A stretch of 64,000 nucleotides of DNA from Phycisphaerales bacterium (lineage in GTDB: Bacteria; Planctomycetota; Phycisphaerae; Phycisphaerales; SM1A02), in the NCBI GenBank assembly GCA_030749435.1, contig JASMKH010000011.1:3325-67324 (forward strand). Direction: 5' to 3'. Shown piece after piece: positions 43,451 through 55,021 of the stretch. The notes under the pieces are model-generated. The model saw only the letters and a program-made list of their open reading frames with translations. It searched no databases and was not told the DNA's origin. Position numbers and translations under genes: made by a program. How positions within the stretch are numbered: the stretch's first letter is position 1; the number at the start of each line of letters is the position of its first letter.

Positions 43451-45037
43451 ATGCTCCGCCTCACGAGCGTTCGCGGACCCACTGTGCCCGCAGTGGAAGT
43501 GACCCGATCCGGCGGTGTCATCGGTCGCAGTTCGGCCTGCGAGGTGCGGCTGGTTGACGCCACGGTCTCGCGGCGGCATGCCGAGATTCGCTATCTGGGT
43601 GACCGGTGGATGCTGGTCGACCTCGGAGGCGCGAACGGCACGTGGCTCAATGATGTCCGGCTCGATGCCGAAACGGCAACGCCGCTGGCGCCCGGCGACC
43701 GAATCGGGGTCGGACCATGGGTGTTGCGGGTGGGCTCCTGGGCACCAACGACCATCGCCATGGCCGATGCGGATGCAAGCGAGGATGCGGCACTGATCCA
43801 GCCGCTGCAGCCCGATGCTGCCGGACAACTCGCGCACCACCGCCTTCAACTGGTGATCGACTGTGCCGGACGGATCAATGAGGCAGTGGACGAGCGGGAT
43901 CTGGCCCAGTCCCTGCTTGAGTCCGTGATCGAGGGAACGGGCTACTGCCGCGCGGCGCTCGTTCGTCTGGCTGGCGATGAAGAGGGTGTCGAGGTCCTCG
44001 GACGCCGCTCAAGCGATGACGGGCCCCCCGACCAATTCAGTCGAACACTCGTGACGCGGGCCTCGGCTGGCGAGTTTGTGACGCTTGCGGGCCAGCAGAC
44101 GGCGGACTGGGGCAGGAGCATCGCCGACCTGGCGATCCATTCGGCCATGTGCTGCCCGGTCCAGGTGGACGATCAGGTGGCGGCATGCCTGTACCTCGAC
44201 GCGCGAGGCAGCGAGGATCGGGTTGCCGACGACGCCGCTGGATTCTGCTACGCCCTGGCCAAGCTCGGCGGGCTCGCCATCGCCAACCTGCGACGACGAT
44301 CGATGCAGGACCGGCAGCGAGAGATGGACGCCGAGATGGCCGCCGCTCGCGAGGCCCAGCAACTGATGGTGCCGCTCAAACCAGCGGAACTCGTCGGGTT
44401 GGACTATGCAGTCGAGTTTCACCCGGGCCGGGTCGCCTCGGGCGATCTCTTCGATGTGGTGGAACTCTCGGGCGGTCGCATTGCGGTGATGCTTGGAGAC
44501 GTGTCGGGCAAGGGCGTGGGCGCCGCCATCCTCATGGCTGCTGCGCAGGCCTTTCTTCACTCGGCCCTGAGCCGGCACGAGCACCCGAATGACGCGGTGG
44601 CGGAGTTGAATGACTTCGTGAGGGAGCGAAGTGCGGCCAACCGATTCCTGACGCTGTGGGTGGGCGTCTTTCATCCCGGGGGAACCCTGGAGTATGTGGA
44701 CGCGGGCCACGGGTACTGGGCCCACTGCCGGGCGGGCGGAGCCGAAATCCATTCCGCCGCGGTCTCGCCCCTGGTCGGCGCTCTGGAGGACATCGAGTTC
44801 GTGGCGACGAAGATCGACGTGACCTCCGGCGACCGCATTGTGCTGATGACAGACGGCGTGCCCGAGCAGCCCGATCGCGAAGGGGCGCCGTTTGGGCTCG
44901 ACCGAATCCTCGAGGTGCTCGAGCGGACGCGGACATGCCAGGAGGATGTGCTTGAGTTACTCGCGGCGGTTCGGGCGTGGGCGGGGTCCGATGCGCTCGC
45001 CGATGACACGACCGTTGCGAGTGTGGCAGCCCGGTGA
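43451..45037 (+). CDS. FHA-GAF-PP2C (SpoIIE-type) serine/threonine phosphatase
   Basis: FHA: GVIGRSSACEVRLVDATVSRRHAEI...LVDLGGANGTWLN. Central GAF-like region. PP2C/SpoIIE: GDLFDVV..., MLGDVSGKGVGAAILMA, DAGH, LMTDGV. Start at ATG 43451 is uncertain. Confidence 0.85.
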   Translation: MLRLTSVRGPTVPAVEVTRSGGVIGRSSACEVRLVDATVSRRHAEIRYLGDRWMLVDLGGANGTWLNDVRLDAETATPLAPGDRIGVGPWVLRVGSWAPTTIAMADADASEDAALIQPLQPDAAGQLAHHRLQLVIDCAGRINEAVDERDLAQSLLESVIEGTGYCRAALVRLAGDEEGVEVLGRRSSDDGPPDQFSRTLVTRASAGEFVTLAGQQTADWGRSIADLAIHSAMCCPVQVDDQVAACLYLDARGSEDRVADDAAGFCYALAKLGGLAIANLRRRSMQDRQREMDAEMAAAREAQQLMVPLKPAELVGLDYAVEFHPGRVASGDLFDVVELSGGRIAVMLGDVSGKGVGAAILMAAAQAFLHSALSRHEHPNDAVAELNDFVRERSAANRFLTLWVGVFHPGGTLEYVDAGHGYWAHCRAGGAEIHSAAVSPLVGALEDIEFVATKIDVTSGDRIVLMTDGVPEQPDREGAPFGLDRILEVLERTRTCQEDVLELLAAVRAWAGSDALADDTTVASVAAR

Positions 45038-45098
45038 GTGACGCCGGGAGCGGGCGCCGGCTCGGTATGATGCCACCCATCGCTTTGAGGGAGCCCCG

Positions 45099-45854
45099 AT
45101 GAGACTGTTGAAGTTCTATCAGACCGCCGTCGGCAAGAAGGTCGTCGTGGCAGTGACCGGGGTGGTGCTGTTTCTGTTTTTGATCGCGCACATGGCAGGG
45201 AACTTCAAGGTCTTCGCGGGCCCGGGAGTCATCGACGAGTATGCGCTGCACCTTCGAACCATGCTTGAGCCCATCTTCGGGTGGGCCGGTGTGTTGTGGA
45301 TCATGCGAGCGGTGTTGCTGGCTTGCGTGCTTGCCCACATCATCACGGTGGCCCTGCTGATCCGCCAGAACAGGAAGGCGCGACCGCACAAGTACCACCG
45401 GCATCACCTGCAGGCATCGACGCTGGCCGCGCGGCTCATGCAGGTCTCGGGCGCGGTGATTCTCGTGTTCATCGTGCTGCACATCCTGCAATTCACGACC
45501 GGCACGGTGCAGCCGGCGCCGGTGCTATTTCACGAGGAGGGCGGCCACATGATGGCCGAGGTCTACCGCAACCTCCATGCGGCCTTCTCGTTGTGGTGGG
45601 TGGCGGCCCTCTACATCTTCGTCATGGCCTGCATCTGCGTCCATCTGTATCACGGAGGGTGGTCCTTTCTGCAGACCCTGGGCGCCGACAATCAGGATCG
45701 CAACCGGTGTTTCCGGATCTGGGCGATCGTGCTGGCACTCGGACTCTTCATCGGGTTCTCTTCCGTGCCCTTCTGCTTCTGGACCGGCATGCTGCCTCCT
45801 CCCGCCGCGGATGAGGTCGCCCACACGCCTGCCACTTCGACGGAGGGTCACTGA
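45099..45854 (+). CDS. sdhC: Succinate dehydrogenase/fumarate reductase cytochrome b subunit (b558 family)
   Basis: [30 protein letters not shown], five TM helices, position upstream of sdhAB. Confidence 0.85.
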   Translation: MRLLKFYQTAVGKKVVVAVTGVVLFLFLIAHMAGNFKVFAGPGVIDEYALHLRTMLEPIFGWAGVLWIMRAVLLACVLAHIITVALLIRQNRKARPHKYHRHHLQASTLAARLMQVSGAVILVFIVLHILQFTTGTVQPAPVLFHEEGGHMMAEVYRNLHAAFSLWWVAALYIFVMACICVHLYHGGWSFLQTLGADNQDRNRCFRIWAIVLALGLFIGFSSVPFCFWTGMLPPPAADEVAHTPATSTEGH

Positions 45855-45856
45855 CC

Positions 45857-47770
45857 ATGCTTGAACTCGACGCCAGTATTCCGGAGGGGGACATTCGCGA
45901 GAAGTGGCGCAACCATCTGGAGCACGTCAAGCTCGTGGGGCCGCGAAACCGTCCGAAGTACGACATCGTCGTCGTGGGCACGGGCCTGGCCGGGGCTGCG
46001 GCGGCCTCGTCGCTCGCAGCGCAGGGCTACCGCGTGCACGTGATGTGCTTTCAGGATTCGTCGCGGCGTGCCCACTCCATCGCCGCGCAAGGCGGCATCA
46101 ACGCGCCAAAGAACTACCGCAATGACGGCGACGGTGTGTACCGGCTGTTCTACGACACGCAGAAGGGCGGCGACTTCCGGGCGCGCGAGGCCAACGTGTG
46201 GCGTCTCGCCGAGGTCGCGACTGGCATCATTGACCAGTGCGCGGCGCAGGGGGTGCCCTTTGCCAGGGAGTACGGTGGTCAGTTGGCCAACCGCTCCTTC
46301 GGTGGGGTCCTCGTGGAGCGGACGTTCTATTGCCGTGGTCAGACCGGCCAGCAACTCATGCTCGGGGCCTACCAGGCCCTCCACCAGCAGGTCGCCGCGG
46401 GCAATGCAGTCATGTACCCGCGAACTGAGTTGCAGGATGTCGTCAACATCGACGGGCGGTGCCGTGGTGTCGTCTATCGCTGCCTGCAGACCGGTGAGAT
46501 TCGGAGCATCGCGGCGGACGCAGTCGTTCTGGCTACCGGTGGCTACGGCAACGTCTTCTTTCAGAGTACGAACGCCTTCAACTGCAACGTCACGGCCGCC
46601 TGGAGGGCCCACAAGCGGGGGGCTGGGTTCGCCAATCCCTGCTACGTCCAGATCCACCCGACGTGCATTCCAGTGAGCGGAGACTTTCAGTGCAAACTGA
46701 CGCTCATGAGCGAGTCACTTCGGAACGACGGTCGCGTCTGGGTGCCGAAAAAACCGGGTGACACGCGACGTCCCGAGCAGATTCCAGAGGACGAACGGTA
46801 CTACTACCTTGAAGAACGCTATCCATCCTTCGGCAACCTGGTGCCCCGCGATGTCGCAGCCCGCAACGCCAAGTACGTATGCGATGAGGGGCTTGGTGTG
46901 GACGGCAAGCGGCAGGTCTACCTCGACTTCGCGGATGCTATTCGGGACCGGGGCGAGAACGTGATCGGCGAGCGGTACGGCAATCTCTTCGACATGTACG
47001 AGGAGATCACGACCGACTCGCCGTACAAGGTTCCCATGAGAATTTTCCCGGCCGTCCACTACTGCATGGGCGGTCTCTGGGTTGACTACAACCTGATGAC
47101 CAACATCCCGGGCCTCTACGCGATCGGCGAAGCAAACTTCTCCGACCACGGCGCGAACCGTCTCGGGGCGAGCAGTCTGATGCAGTGCCTGGCCGACGGC
47201 TACATGATCCTCCCGCAAACGATCAACGACAGCCTGCACGACATCTATATGGACAAGGTGACGACGGACCATCCCGCATTTGCGGCACACGAGCAGTCGG
47301 TCCGTGACCACATTGCCGGGTTGATGGCGCGGCGAGGCAGTCGGTCACCCATGGCGATCCACAAGGAACTCGGTGAGGTCATGTGGCACCATTGCGGGAT
47401 GGCTCGGACTGCCGAAGGGCTCACGGAGGCGATGGGGAAGATCGATTCCCTGAAGCACGCCTGCGAGCATGACATGGTTGTTCCGGGTCGCGCCGACACC
47501 ACGAATCAGGCGCTCGAGCGGGCAGGTCGTCTCGGCGACTTCCTCGATCTGGCCCATCTCATGTGCCGGGATGCCCTGGAGCGGGACGAGTCCTGCGGAT
47601 GCCACTTCCGCGAGGAGCATCAGACCGATGACGGAGAAGTGGTCCGGAACGACGAAGCGTTTGGCAACGTTGCGGTCTGGGAGTGGAAGGGCGAGGGATC
47701 GCCGCACGAGAAGACCACGGAGGCCTTGTCGTTCGATGCGTTGCCGCTGATGACCAGGAGTTACAAGTGA
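45857..47770 (+). CDS. sdhA: Succinate dehydrogenase/fumarate reductase flavoprotein subunit
   Basis: [28 protein letters not shown] (FAD-linking His), [10 protein letters not shown]. Confidence 0.95.
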   Translation: MLELDASIPEGDIREKWRNHLEHVKLVGPRNRPKYDIVVVGTGLAGAAAASSLAAQGYRVHVMCFQDSSRRAHSIAAQGGINAPKNYRNDGDGVYRLFYDTQKGGDFRAREANVWRLAEVATGIIDQCAAQGVPFAREYGGQLANRSFGGVLVERTFYCRGQTGQQLMLGAYQALHQQVAAGNAVMYPRTELQDVVNIDGRCRGVVYRCLQTGEIRSIAADAVVLATGGYGNVFFQSTNAFNCNVTAAWRAHKRGAGFANPCYVQIHPTCIPVSGDFQCKLTLMSESLRNDGRVWVPKKPGDTRRPEQIPEDERYYYLEERYPSFGNLVPRDVAARNAKYVCDEGLGVDGKRQVYLDFADAIRDRGENVIGERYGNLFDMYEEITTDSPYKVPMRIFPAVHYCMGGLWVDYNLMTNIPGLYAIGEANFSDHGANRLGASSLMQCLADGYMILPQTINDSLHDIYMDKVTTDHPAFAAHEQSVRDHIAGLMARRGSRSPMAIHKELGEVMWHHCGMARTAEGLTEAMGKIDSLKHACEHDMVVPGRADTTNQALERAGRLGDFLDLAHLMCRDALERDESCGCHFREEHQTDDGEVVRNDEAFGNVAVWEWKGEGSPHEKTTEALSFDALPLMTRSYK

Positions 47771-48546
47771 TGCGGGTCATTCTTCATGTATGGCGGCAGG
47801 ATGGCCCGGAGGCCAGCGGCGGCTTTGAACGGCACGAACTCTCGGCCGTTGAGCCCGACATGTCCTTTCTTGAGATGCTCGACACGCTCAACGAACAATT
47901 GATCTCAAACGGTCACGATCCGGTGACCTTTGACAGCGACTGCCGCGAGGGAATCTGCGGCGCATGTTCATGCGTGATCAATGGCCGGCCGCATGGTCCG
48001 GGACACAAGTCGACGACGTGTCAGATTCGGATGCGCGCCTTTTGCGACGGCGACGAGATCTGGATCGAGCCGTTTCGGAGCGGCGCCTTTCCGGTGGTCA
48101 AGGATCTCATGGTGGATCGAACGGCGTTCGATCGCATCATTGAGGCGGGCGGCTACATCTCGACGCACAGCGGCCCCAAGCCCGAGCCCAACGCGTCGCT
48201 CGTTCCCCATTCGATCGCCGAGGAAGCGATGGACGCCGCCGAGTGCATCGGATGCGGGGCTTGCGTGGCGGCCTGCCCCAACGCCGCGGCCATGCTGTTC
48301 ACAGCCGCCAAGGTCTCGCACCTGGGCCTCCTGCCGCAAGGTCAGCCCGAGCGTTGGAAGCGAGCGCGGTCCATGGTCGAGAAGATGGATGAGGAAGGCT
48401 TCGGCGCGTGCACCAATTTCGCCGAGTGCCAGGACGCCTGCCCGAAGGGTGTGTCGATCCGCTTCATTGGACGCATGAACCGCGACTACATGAAAGCTGC
48501 CTTGTGCGAGCCCGAGACGCGACAGGGGCCACTCAAGGCGCACTGA
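47770..48546 (+). CDS. sdhB: Succinate dehydrogenase/fumarate reductase iron-sulfur subunit
   Basis: ATG 47770 shares 1 nt with the sdhA TGA. Cys clusters CREGICGACS, CIGCGACVAACP, CTNFAECQDACPKG. Confidence 0.93.
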   Translation: MRVILHVWRQDGPEASGGFERHELSAVEPDMSFLEMLDTLNEQLISNGHDPVTFDSDCREGICGACSCVINGRPHGPGHKSTTCQIRMRAFCDGDEIWIEPFRSGAFPVVKDLMVDRTAFDRIIEAGGYISTHSGPKPEPNASLVPHSIAEEAMDAAECIGCGACVAACPNAAAMLFTAAKVSHLGLLPQGQPERWKRARSMVEKMDEEGFGACTNFAECQDACPKGVSIRFIGRMNRDYMKAALCEPETRQGPLKAH

Positions 48547-48994
48547 CCTCAGCGGGGGGTTTGGCCCGCACGCGGACTTCAAGCCGGGGCGGGGGCGAGA
48601 CGCTTCCGTTGATCGGCGGGAGGCGTCCGGTTGACCAGTCGGTGGCCCCGGCCACACTCACGCTGCCCGCCTGCAGCGTCAGGTGCAATGGGGCGTATCC
48701 CTGGGCGGTCACCGTGAGTTCATTGGGACGGTTTCCTGCCAGCACGATGGCAACGGCGCCGTCGGCCCCGGACTCGAATCGGCCGGCCGGGGGATCGGCC
48801 CATGGTGAGATGGGGGGCTGCAGCACACTGAGGCCGGTCGTTCGGACTGCAGCCCCGGCGATCGGAGCGCCGGTTCGGGCGTCCCGCACCTCCAGATCGG
48901 CTGCCAGCGGCGAGGAACCGGCCAGGCACCCTCCAAGCAGCCACACCGCAGCCCCTGTCGTCGCGGCCCGGATCACCATTGCGGTTCTGCTCAT
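48533..48994 (-). CDS. Hypothetical lipoprotein (carboxypeptidase-regulatory-like beta domain?)
   Basis: Signal peptide plus lipobox (VWLLGGC). Short beta-rich body. Converges on sdhB with a 14-nt overlap. Confidence 0.6.
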   Translation of the reverse strand: MSRTAMVIRAATTGAAVWLLGGCLAGSSPLAADLEVRDARTGAPIAGAAVRTTGLSVLQPPISPWADPPAGRFESGADGAVAIVLAGNRPNELTVTAQGYAPLHLTLQAGSVSVAGATDWSTGRLPPINGSVSPPPRLEVRVRAKPPAEVSAP

Positions 48995-49019
48995 CGGCTC
49001 ACCTACGCTGTCGCACCAA

Positions 49020-49106
49020 CGGTGGGGGCGGGATTCGAACCCGCGATACGCCGAAACGTATACCGGTTTTCAAGACCGGCGCATTCAACCGCTCTGCCAC
49101 CCCACC
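49020..49106 (-). tRNA. tRNA-Ser (anticodon UGA), class II with long variable arm
   Basis: GGTGGGG TG GCAG AGCGGTTGAA TGC G CCGGT CTTGAAA ACCGG, long variable arm, GCGGG TTCGAAT CCCGC, CCCCACC, G. Confidence 0.9.
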
Positions 49107-49195
49107 TGATTGGAACATGCATCGTACCAAGGCTTCCCGGTATCCTGCCCCGGTCGCGGAACGACCCGGCCACCACGTGCGGAAGGAAACCGATT

Positions 49196-49555
49196 ATGCA
49201 CATAGAACTGATCGCTCTTGGCGCAGCAACCTGCCTCCTGGCGGGTTGTCATCAGCCGCTGGATACGAGCGGGCTGCCTGGGCAGGAAGCAGCGCTTGCT
49301 GCCGAAGGCGCCGCGGACATGCGCGGCCAGGACGGTACCGCCGGAGATCCGAATCTGGCCTCGATCGACGGCGACGACCACACAGCATCGGACCCGTTCG
49401 ATCCGGATCCGTTCATCACCAGGGAGCGGATCGACCGGGCCGCCGATCTGGATGAGTCCGATCTGGCGCCGGGAGCGTCCACGCTCGAGCCTGGTCCTGA
49501 TTCCCCAACGGGGGATCCCATGGACCAGCCCGGCGTCAATGTGCAGGACGAATAG
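49196..49555 (+). CDS. Small acidic lipoprotein, hypothetical
   Basis: ATG 49196 is preceded by GGAAGGAAAC. MHIELIALGAATCLLAGC lipobox. D/P-rich remainder. Confidence 0.6.
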   Translation: MHIELIALGAATCLLAGCHQPLDTSGLPGQEAALAAEGAADMRGQDGTAGDPNLASIDGDDHTASDPFDPDPFITRERIDRAADLDESDLAPGASTLEPGPDSPTGDPMDQPGVNVQDE

Positions 49556-49561
49556 CGCCGC

Positions 49562-50440
49562 TCAAAGACGCGCTGCGCCAAACACGCCACTGCTGTCGCC
49601 ATGCGCGGCGGGCACCAGTCGCGTCCGAATCGAGTCACTGAACACCAGATCCGTCCACCTCGCCGGCACGTCGGTGTAGATCGACGCGATCGCATTGAGC
49701 CCGCCGCCGACGACAATGACTTCGGGATCAAGAATGTCGATAATGACCGCCGTAGCCCGTGCCAGGCGATCGACCCATGACCGCATGACGGGCGACTCGG
49801 GATGCGCACGAGCGATGGCAGTGGCCCGCAGCGGCTCGCCTCCGATCTCGATCCATTCTCGCTCAAGTGCAGGACCAGCGAGCCACGTCTCGAGGCATCC
49901 GCGGCGGCCACACCAGCAGGTCGGCCCGGGCGACTCGGCAGGCGTTGGCCACGGCAGTGGCATGTGGCCCCATTCGCCCGAAACTCCATTGGCACCGACC
50001 ACCAATGTGCCGTCGATGACGACGCCGCCGCCCACGCCCGTTCCAAGGATGATGGCGAAGACTGAGGCGGCACCTTTCGCCGCGCCGTCCAATGCTTCCG
50101 AGAGTGCCAGGCAGTTGGCGTCGTTGGCGAGCCTGACCTCACGTGAGAGTGCACGCGTGAGATCCTCGCGAAGCGAGCGGCCGTTCAGCACCGTTGAGTT
50201 GCAGTTTCGCATGAGCCCGCCGTGGGGCGAGGGGCTTCCCGGAACGCCGATTCCGACGTGCTCGCCGCCGCCCCCGGCCTCGGCTTCGGTCGCCGCGACC
50301 AGGGAAGCAATCGCGGCAATGATGTCGTCATACGCGCCGTCTGGCGTCGGGACACGATTCCGCGCCAGCACGTGGTCCTCGCGGTCGAGTACAACAGCCT
50401 CGATCTTTGTTCCGCCGAGATCGACACCGGTTCGCATCAC
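49562..50440 (-). CDS. nagK: ROK-family sugar kinase, N-acetylglucosamine kinase-like
   Basis: GVDLGGTKIE, RLANDANCLALSEA, ILGTGVGGG, GEWGH, and the Zn motif CWCGRRGCLE. Close in pattern to E. coli NagK as I recall it. Confidence 0.8.
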   Translation of the reverse strand: MMRTGVDLGGTKIEAVVLDREDHVLARNRVPTPDGAYDDIIAAIASLVAATEAEAGGGGEHVGIGVPGSPSPHGGLMRNCNSTVLNGRSLREDLTRALSREVRLANDANCLALSEALDGAAKGAASVFAIILGTGVGGGVVIDGTLVVGANGVSGEWGHMPLPWPTPAESPGPTCWCGRRGCLETWLAGPALEREWIEIGGEPLRATAIARAHPESPVMRSWVDRLARATAVIIDILDPEVIVVGGGLNAIASIYTDVPARWTDLVFSDSIRTRLVPAAHGDSSGVFGAARL

Positions 50441-50491
50441 GGCACTGTACTTTCCCGATGCCTCGGGGCCTTCTTGAACGGAGTGAGCACC

Positions 50492-52162
<1,671 letters not shown>

Positions 52163-53614
52163 TTACCCGGCTTGCAGGCCCGATGCGGCTCGCGCATCGC
52201 GCAGCGCCGCTTTGACGCGGGCGTTCGCGGGCCATTGCCGTGAGAGCCGCTCAAGCGGCTCAACGGCCTGATCCGGACGGTTGAGCAGGATTGCGGTCCT
52301 GGCCATGCGATCATTCACGTAGGGGGGCGTCCAGATGCCCCAACGGTGAAGCCACTGGAGTTCTCGCATGAGTTGGTATCCGGCCTCAACCGAGCCGGCG
52401 TGGCCCGCTTCGACGTGCGGCCACAGGTGGTGGCCCCGCTGCTCGTGAATCCTGACGACGCTGCTGTGCAGCGTGAAGGCCAGAAACGCAGCAGCCAGGA
52501 CCGAGGCGACCCATCCGGCGGGGCCGATGCGGCCGGCCCGCTTCAGTTGGAACGGCTTGAGTCTGAGGTCCCGCCGCCGGAGGGTGTGAACGATCAGAAT
52601 CGTGGCCCACCCGGCGAGGATGCCCAGGGCGGCGGCCAGCAGCAGCGGGATCTGCCCGTAGAGGCTTCGAAAGGCGAAGAACCCGAGTACGCCCACCGCC
52701 AGCGCCAGCAGTTCCTCGCCCCAGGTGAAGTCATACCGGCGATGCCGCGAGGCGGCGGACCAGGACCGCCATCCCGAGGGGCGGGCCCAGCCCCAGTGAA
52801 GCGCCCCCTGTGGGCATGCCGAGACGCAGTCGAGGTCCTTGAGACACGATGGACTGACCACAGCGCCGAACCGCTTGATCTCCTCGTGTACCCGGATGTC
52901 AGAGGAGCAGGCGGCGGTGCAGGTGCCGCAGGAAACGCAGTCGGCACCCGGATCCAGCCTGATGCGGCTCGGGGCGAGTCGGTCCGCGAGGCTGAAGACC
53001 GCGCCGTACGGGCAGACGTAGCGGCAGAAGGACCTGCTCCCGAGCAGGTACACGATGAGACCACCGCAGACGAGGAAGGTCAGGATCGTGATTCCCGGGC
53101 CGGGCAGGTTTCGGAGGAAGTCTGCCGTGATGAGCGAGCCGAATCCTTCTGCGTCGGTTGAAAGGAAGAGCTCCGGGAAGGGGCGGCCCGCTGCGAGCCG
53201 CTCCACCTGCGGCCAGATGAACATGGCCCCCATCACTGCCAGCGGCCCCAGGAGCAGCAGGCGGCTCCGAACGGGCTTCGGTTTGATGTGCACCTTCTCC
53301 AGAAGCCAGGCCGCGAGATCCTGAAGGGCCAGGACGTGGCACCCCCAGGAGCAGAAGAAGCGACCGAACACGAGCGACGAGAGGACGATGAGTCCCATGA
53401 AGATGAACCCGACGGTCACGATGCCGAGTTCCAGCGTGAACATCGCTTCGTTGAGTTCGAGCGGGGCGAGGGTCTCGCCCAGCAGGAGCCAGGTGGCGAT
53501 GTGGATGGCGATGACCAGATGCACCAGAATGAGCACCACGGCGCGTCGCCGGCCGTACCGCTTGGGGCGACGGGCGGGGGGTGGCTCGCAGGGGGCAGGG
53601 GTGTGGGGGACCAT
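52163..53614 (-). CDS. Membrane-bound 4Fe-4S ferredoxin-type protein (NapH/MauN-like) with C-terminal helical-repeat domain
   Basis: FFCSWGCH, FCRYVCPYG, CVSCGTCTAAC, CVSACPQGAL, plus several TM helices. Its stop codon abuts the ettA stop with 0 nt between them. Confidence 0.8.
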   Translation of the reverse strand: MVPHTPAPCEPPPARRPKRYGRRRAVVLILVHLVIAIHIATWLLLGETLAPLELNEAMFTLELGIVTVGFIFMGLIVLSSLVFGRFFCSWGCHVLALQDLAAWLLEKVHIKPKPVRSRLLLLGPLAVMGAMFIWPQVERLAAGRPFPELFLSTDAEGFGSLITADFLRNLPGPGITILTFLVCGGLIVYLLGSRSFCRYVCPYGAVFSLADRLAPSRIRLDPGADCVSCGTCTAACSSDIRVHEEIKRFGAVVSPSCLKDLDCVSACPQGALHWGWARPSGWRSWSAASRHRRYDFTWGEELLALAVGVLGFFAFRSLYGQIPLLLAAALGILAGWATILIVHTLRRRDLRLKPFQLKRAGRIGPAGWVASVLAAAFLAFTLHSSVVRIHEQRGHHLWPHVEAGHAGSVEAGYQLMRELQWLHRWGIWTPPYVNDRMARTAILLNRPDQAVEPLERLSRQWPANARVKAALRDARAASGLQAG

Positions 53615-53757
53615 ATTGGATCTGCGCGTCCAGTATGACCGGGGGGCCGGGTTGTGCAACCGGAACGAAGGCGGATTTGGAGGATTGAGGAGGGTTCGGT
53701 TCAGTCTGGTACGGCCCTGCCCGATGCGGGAGGGTGATCCCGCTGGAGTTCCGAGTC

Positions 53758-54567
53758 ATGCCATCACGAGCCTTCGCCTTGCTGACCGCTGTGTTGCTGG
53801 CAGTCCCTGCAGTTGCTTGCGGGGCCGCCACCGAGGCGGATCAGCTGCGGCTTCGTTCCAGTGCCGAGACCGGTGACTTGCGGGCGATGCGGGGGCTGGC
53901 AGCCCGTCTGCTGGAGACCGGGCAGACCGCCGCGGCCGAGGAAGCCGGCGACTGGCTCGCAGCGGCGGTCGATCAGGGCGATGCCGAGGCCATGCATCAA
54001 CTCGCCTGCCTGCGATTCTCGGGCCGCGATGGGCAACGTGACTTCCGGGCCGCGGTGTCCCTGTGGCAGGCGGCCGCCTCACTGGGACACGCCGATGCGA
54101 TGTACAACCTGGCCGTGTGCTACCGAGATGCCCGCGGCACCTTCCGCAGCGCGTTGCGGGCCTCGATGTGGTTTCGGCTCGCCGCCGAGCAGGGCCAGGT
54201 GGAGGCGATGACCGCCTGGGGCCGGTGCCTCTTTGACGGTGTCGGGACCCAGTATGACGAGCAGGCCGCGACCGAGTGGTGGACGCGAGCGGCCCGGGCG
54301 GGCGAGGTGGAGGCCATGGTTGCCCTGGCGGTCGCTGCCCAGACCGGTCGCGGGCTGCCACGGGACGACCGAGCCGCCGCCGGGTGGTGGAGGCGGGCCG
54401 CCGATGCAGGGAATCGAGCCGCCATGGTGGTGCTCGCGGCCCACTATGAAGTGGGGCGGGGGCTCCAGCAGGACGCCCAGGCAGCCAGCACGTGGTACCG
54501 CCAGGCCCGGCGGGCCGAGACGCCCGCCACCGTGGCGGGCGGCCTGGTGCTGGCCCTTCCCGAATAG
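53758..54567 (+). CDS. Secreted Sel1-like (TPR-family) repeat protein
   Basis: Signal peptide MPSRAFALLTAVLLAVPAVA. Repeated ...GDAEAMHQLA...G..RD...A..W...AA..G.. units (at least 5). Confidence 0.82.
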   Translation: MPSRAFALLTAVLLAVPAVACGAATEADQLRLRSSAETGDLRAMRGLAARLLETGQTAAAEEAGDWLAAAVDQGDAEAMHQLACLRFSGRDGQRDFRAAVSLWQAAASLGHADAMYNLAVCYRDARGTFRSALRASMWFRLAAEQGQVEAMTAWGRCLFDGVGTQYDEQAATEWWTRAARAGEVEAMVALAVAAQTGRGLPRDDRAAAGWWRRAADAGNRAAMVVLAAHYEVGRGLQQDAQAASTWYRQARRAETPATVAGGLVLALPE

Positions 54568-54615
54568 CCCCGATCAGGTGGCGTCGACCCCCGGGGTTGT
54601 TACCATTCGCGGCTC

Positions 54616-54687
54616 GGCCCCGTCGTCTAGCGGCTAGGACGTGAGGTTCTCATCCTCAAAACAGGAGTTCGATTCTCCTCGGGGTCA
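54616..54687 (+). tRNA. tRNA-Glu (anticodon CUC)
   Basis: GGCCCCG TC GTCT AGCGGCTA GGAC G TGAGG TTCTCAT CCTCA AAAC AGGAG TTCGATT CTCCT CGGGGTC A. CCA is not encoded. Confidence 0.88.
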
Positions 54688-54695
54688 TTGCATCG

Positions 54696-54725
54696 GCAAG
54701 GCCGCCCCCAGGCGGGCGGCCTTGC
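54696..54725 (+). terminator. Strong hairpin immediately 3' of tRNA-Glu (12-bp perfect stem, no U-tract)
   Basis: gcaaggccgccc - ccaggc - gggcggccttgc. Confidence 0.45.
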
Positions 54726-55021
54726 TCCTCGGCCCCGCAGACGCCGTATCCTTCTGTCCCCCAGAGGTTTCCAGGTCCAGTCTGGAAGTGCCTCGGTGGC
54801 AGGCAGCGAAGCCGCTTGGCGGGTCGGTGGGGGCCGTGGGGGGGGAAGAATCCCCCCAAAAATTGAATTTCGTGGGTTGACGAGGCGGCAGATCAACTAC
54901 AGTGGCTGGCGGAAGCGGCGCCCCACGCAATGCGCTGGGCGATTTACAGGAGATGTCCGAGGCGTTGAGGCGCCGAGGATGAAGGATTCTTTCCCGCCAT
55001 TGGTGGGAGGAGAAAAAGCAG

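Noticed and set aside
49020-49106. Could the long-variable-arm tRNA be tRNA-Sec?
   Set aside because: The anticodon loop CTTGAAA gives anticodon UGA (which reads UCA, Ser), not UCA. The acceptor and T-stem lengths are standard 7/5. No selA/selB or SECIS context is present.
54836-54858. G8...C6 dyad (ggggggga-agaa-tcccccc) as a terminator.
   Set aside because: On the plus strand it is followed by an A-run, not a U-run. On the minus strand the T-run precedes the hairpin. No gene ends nearby on either strand.
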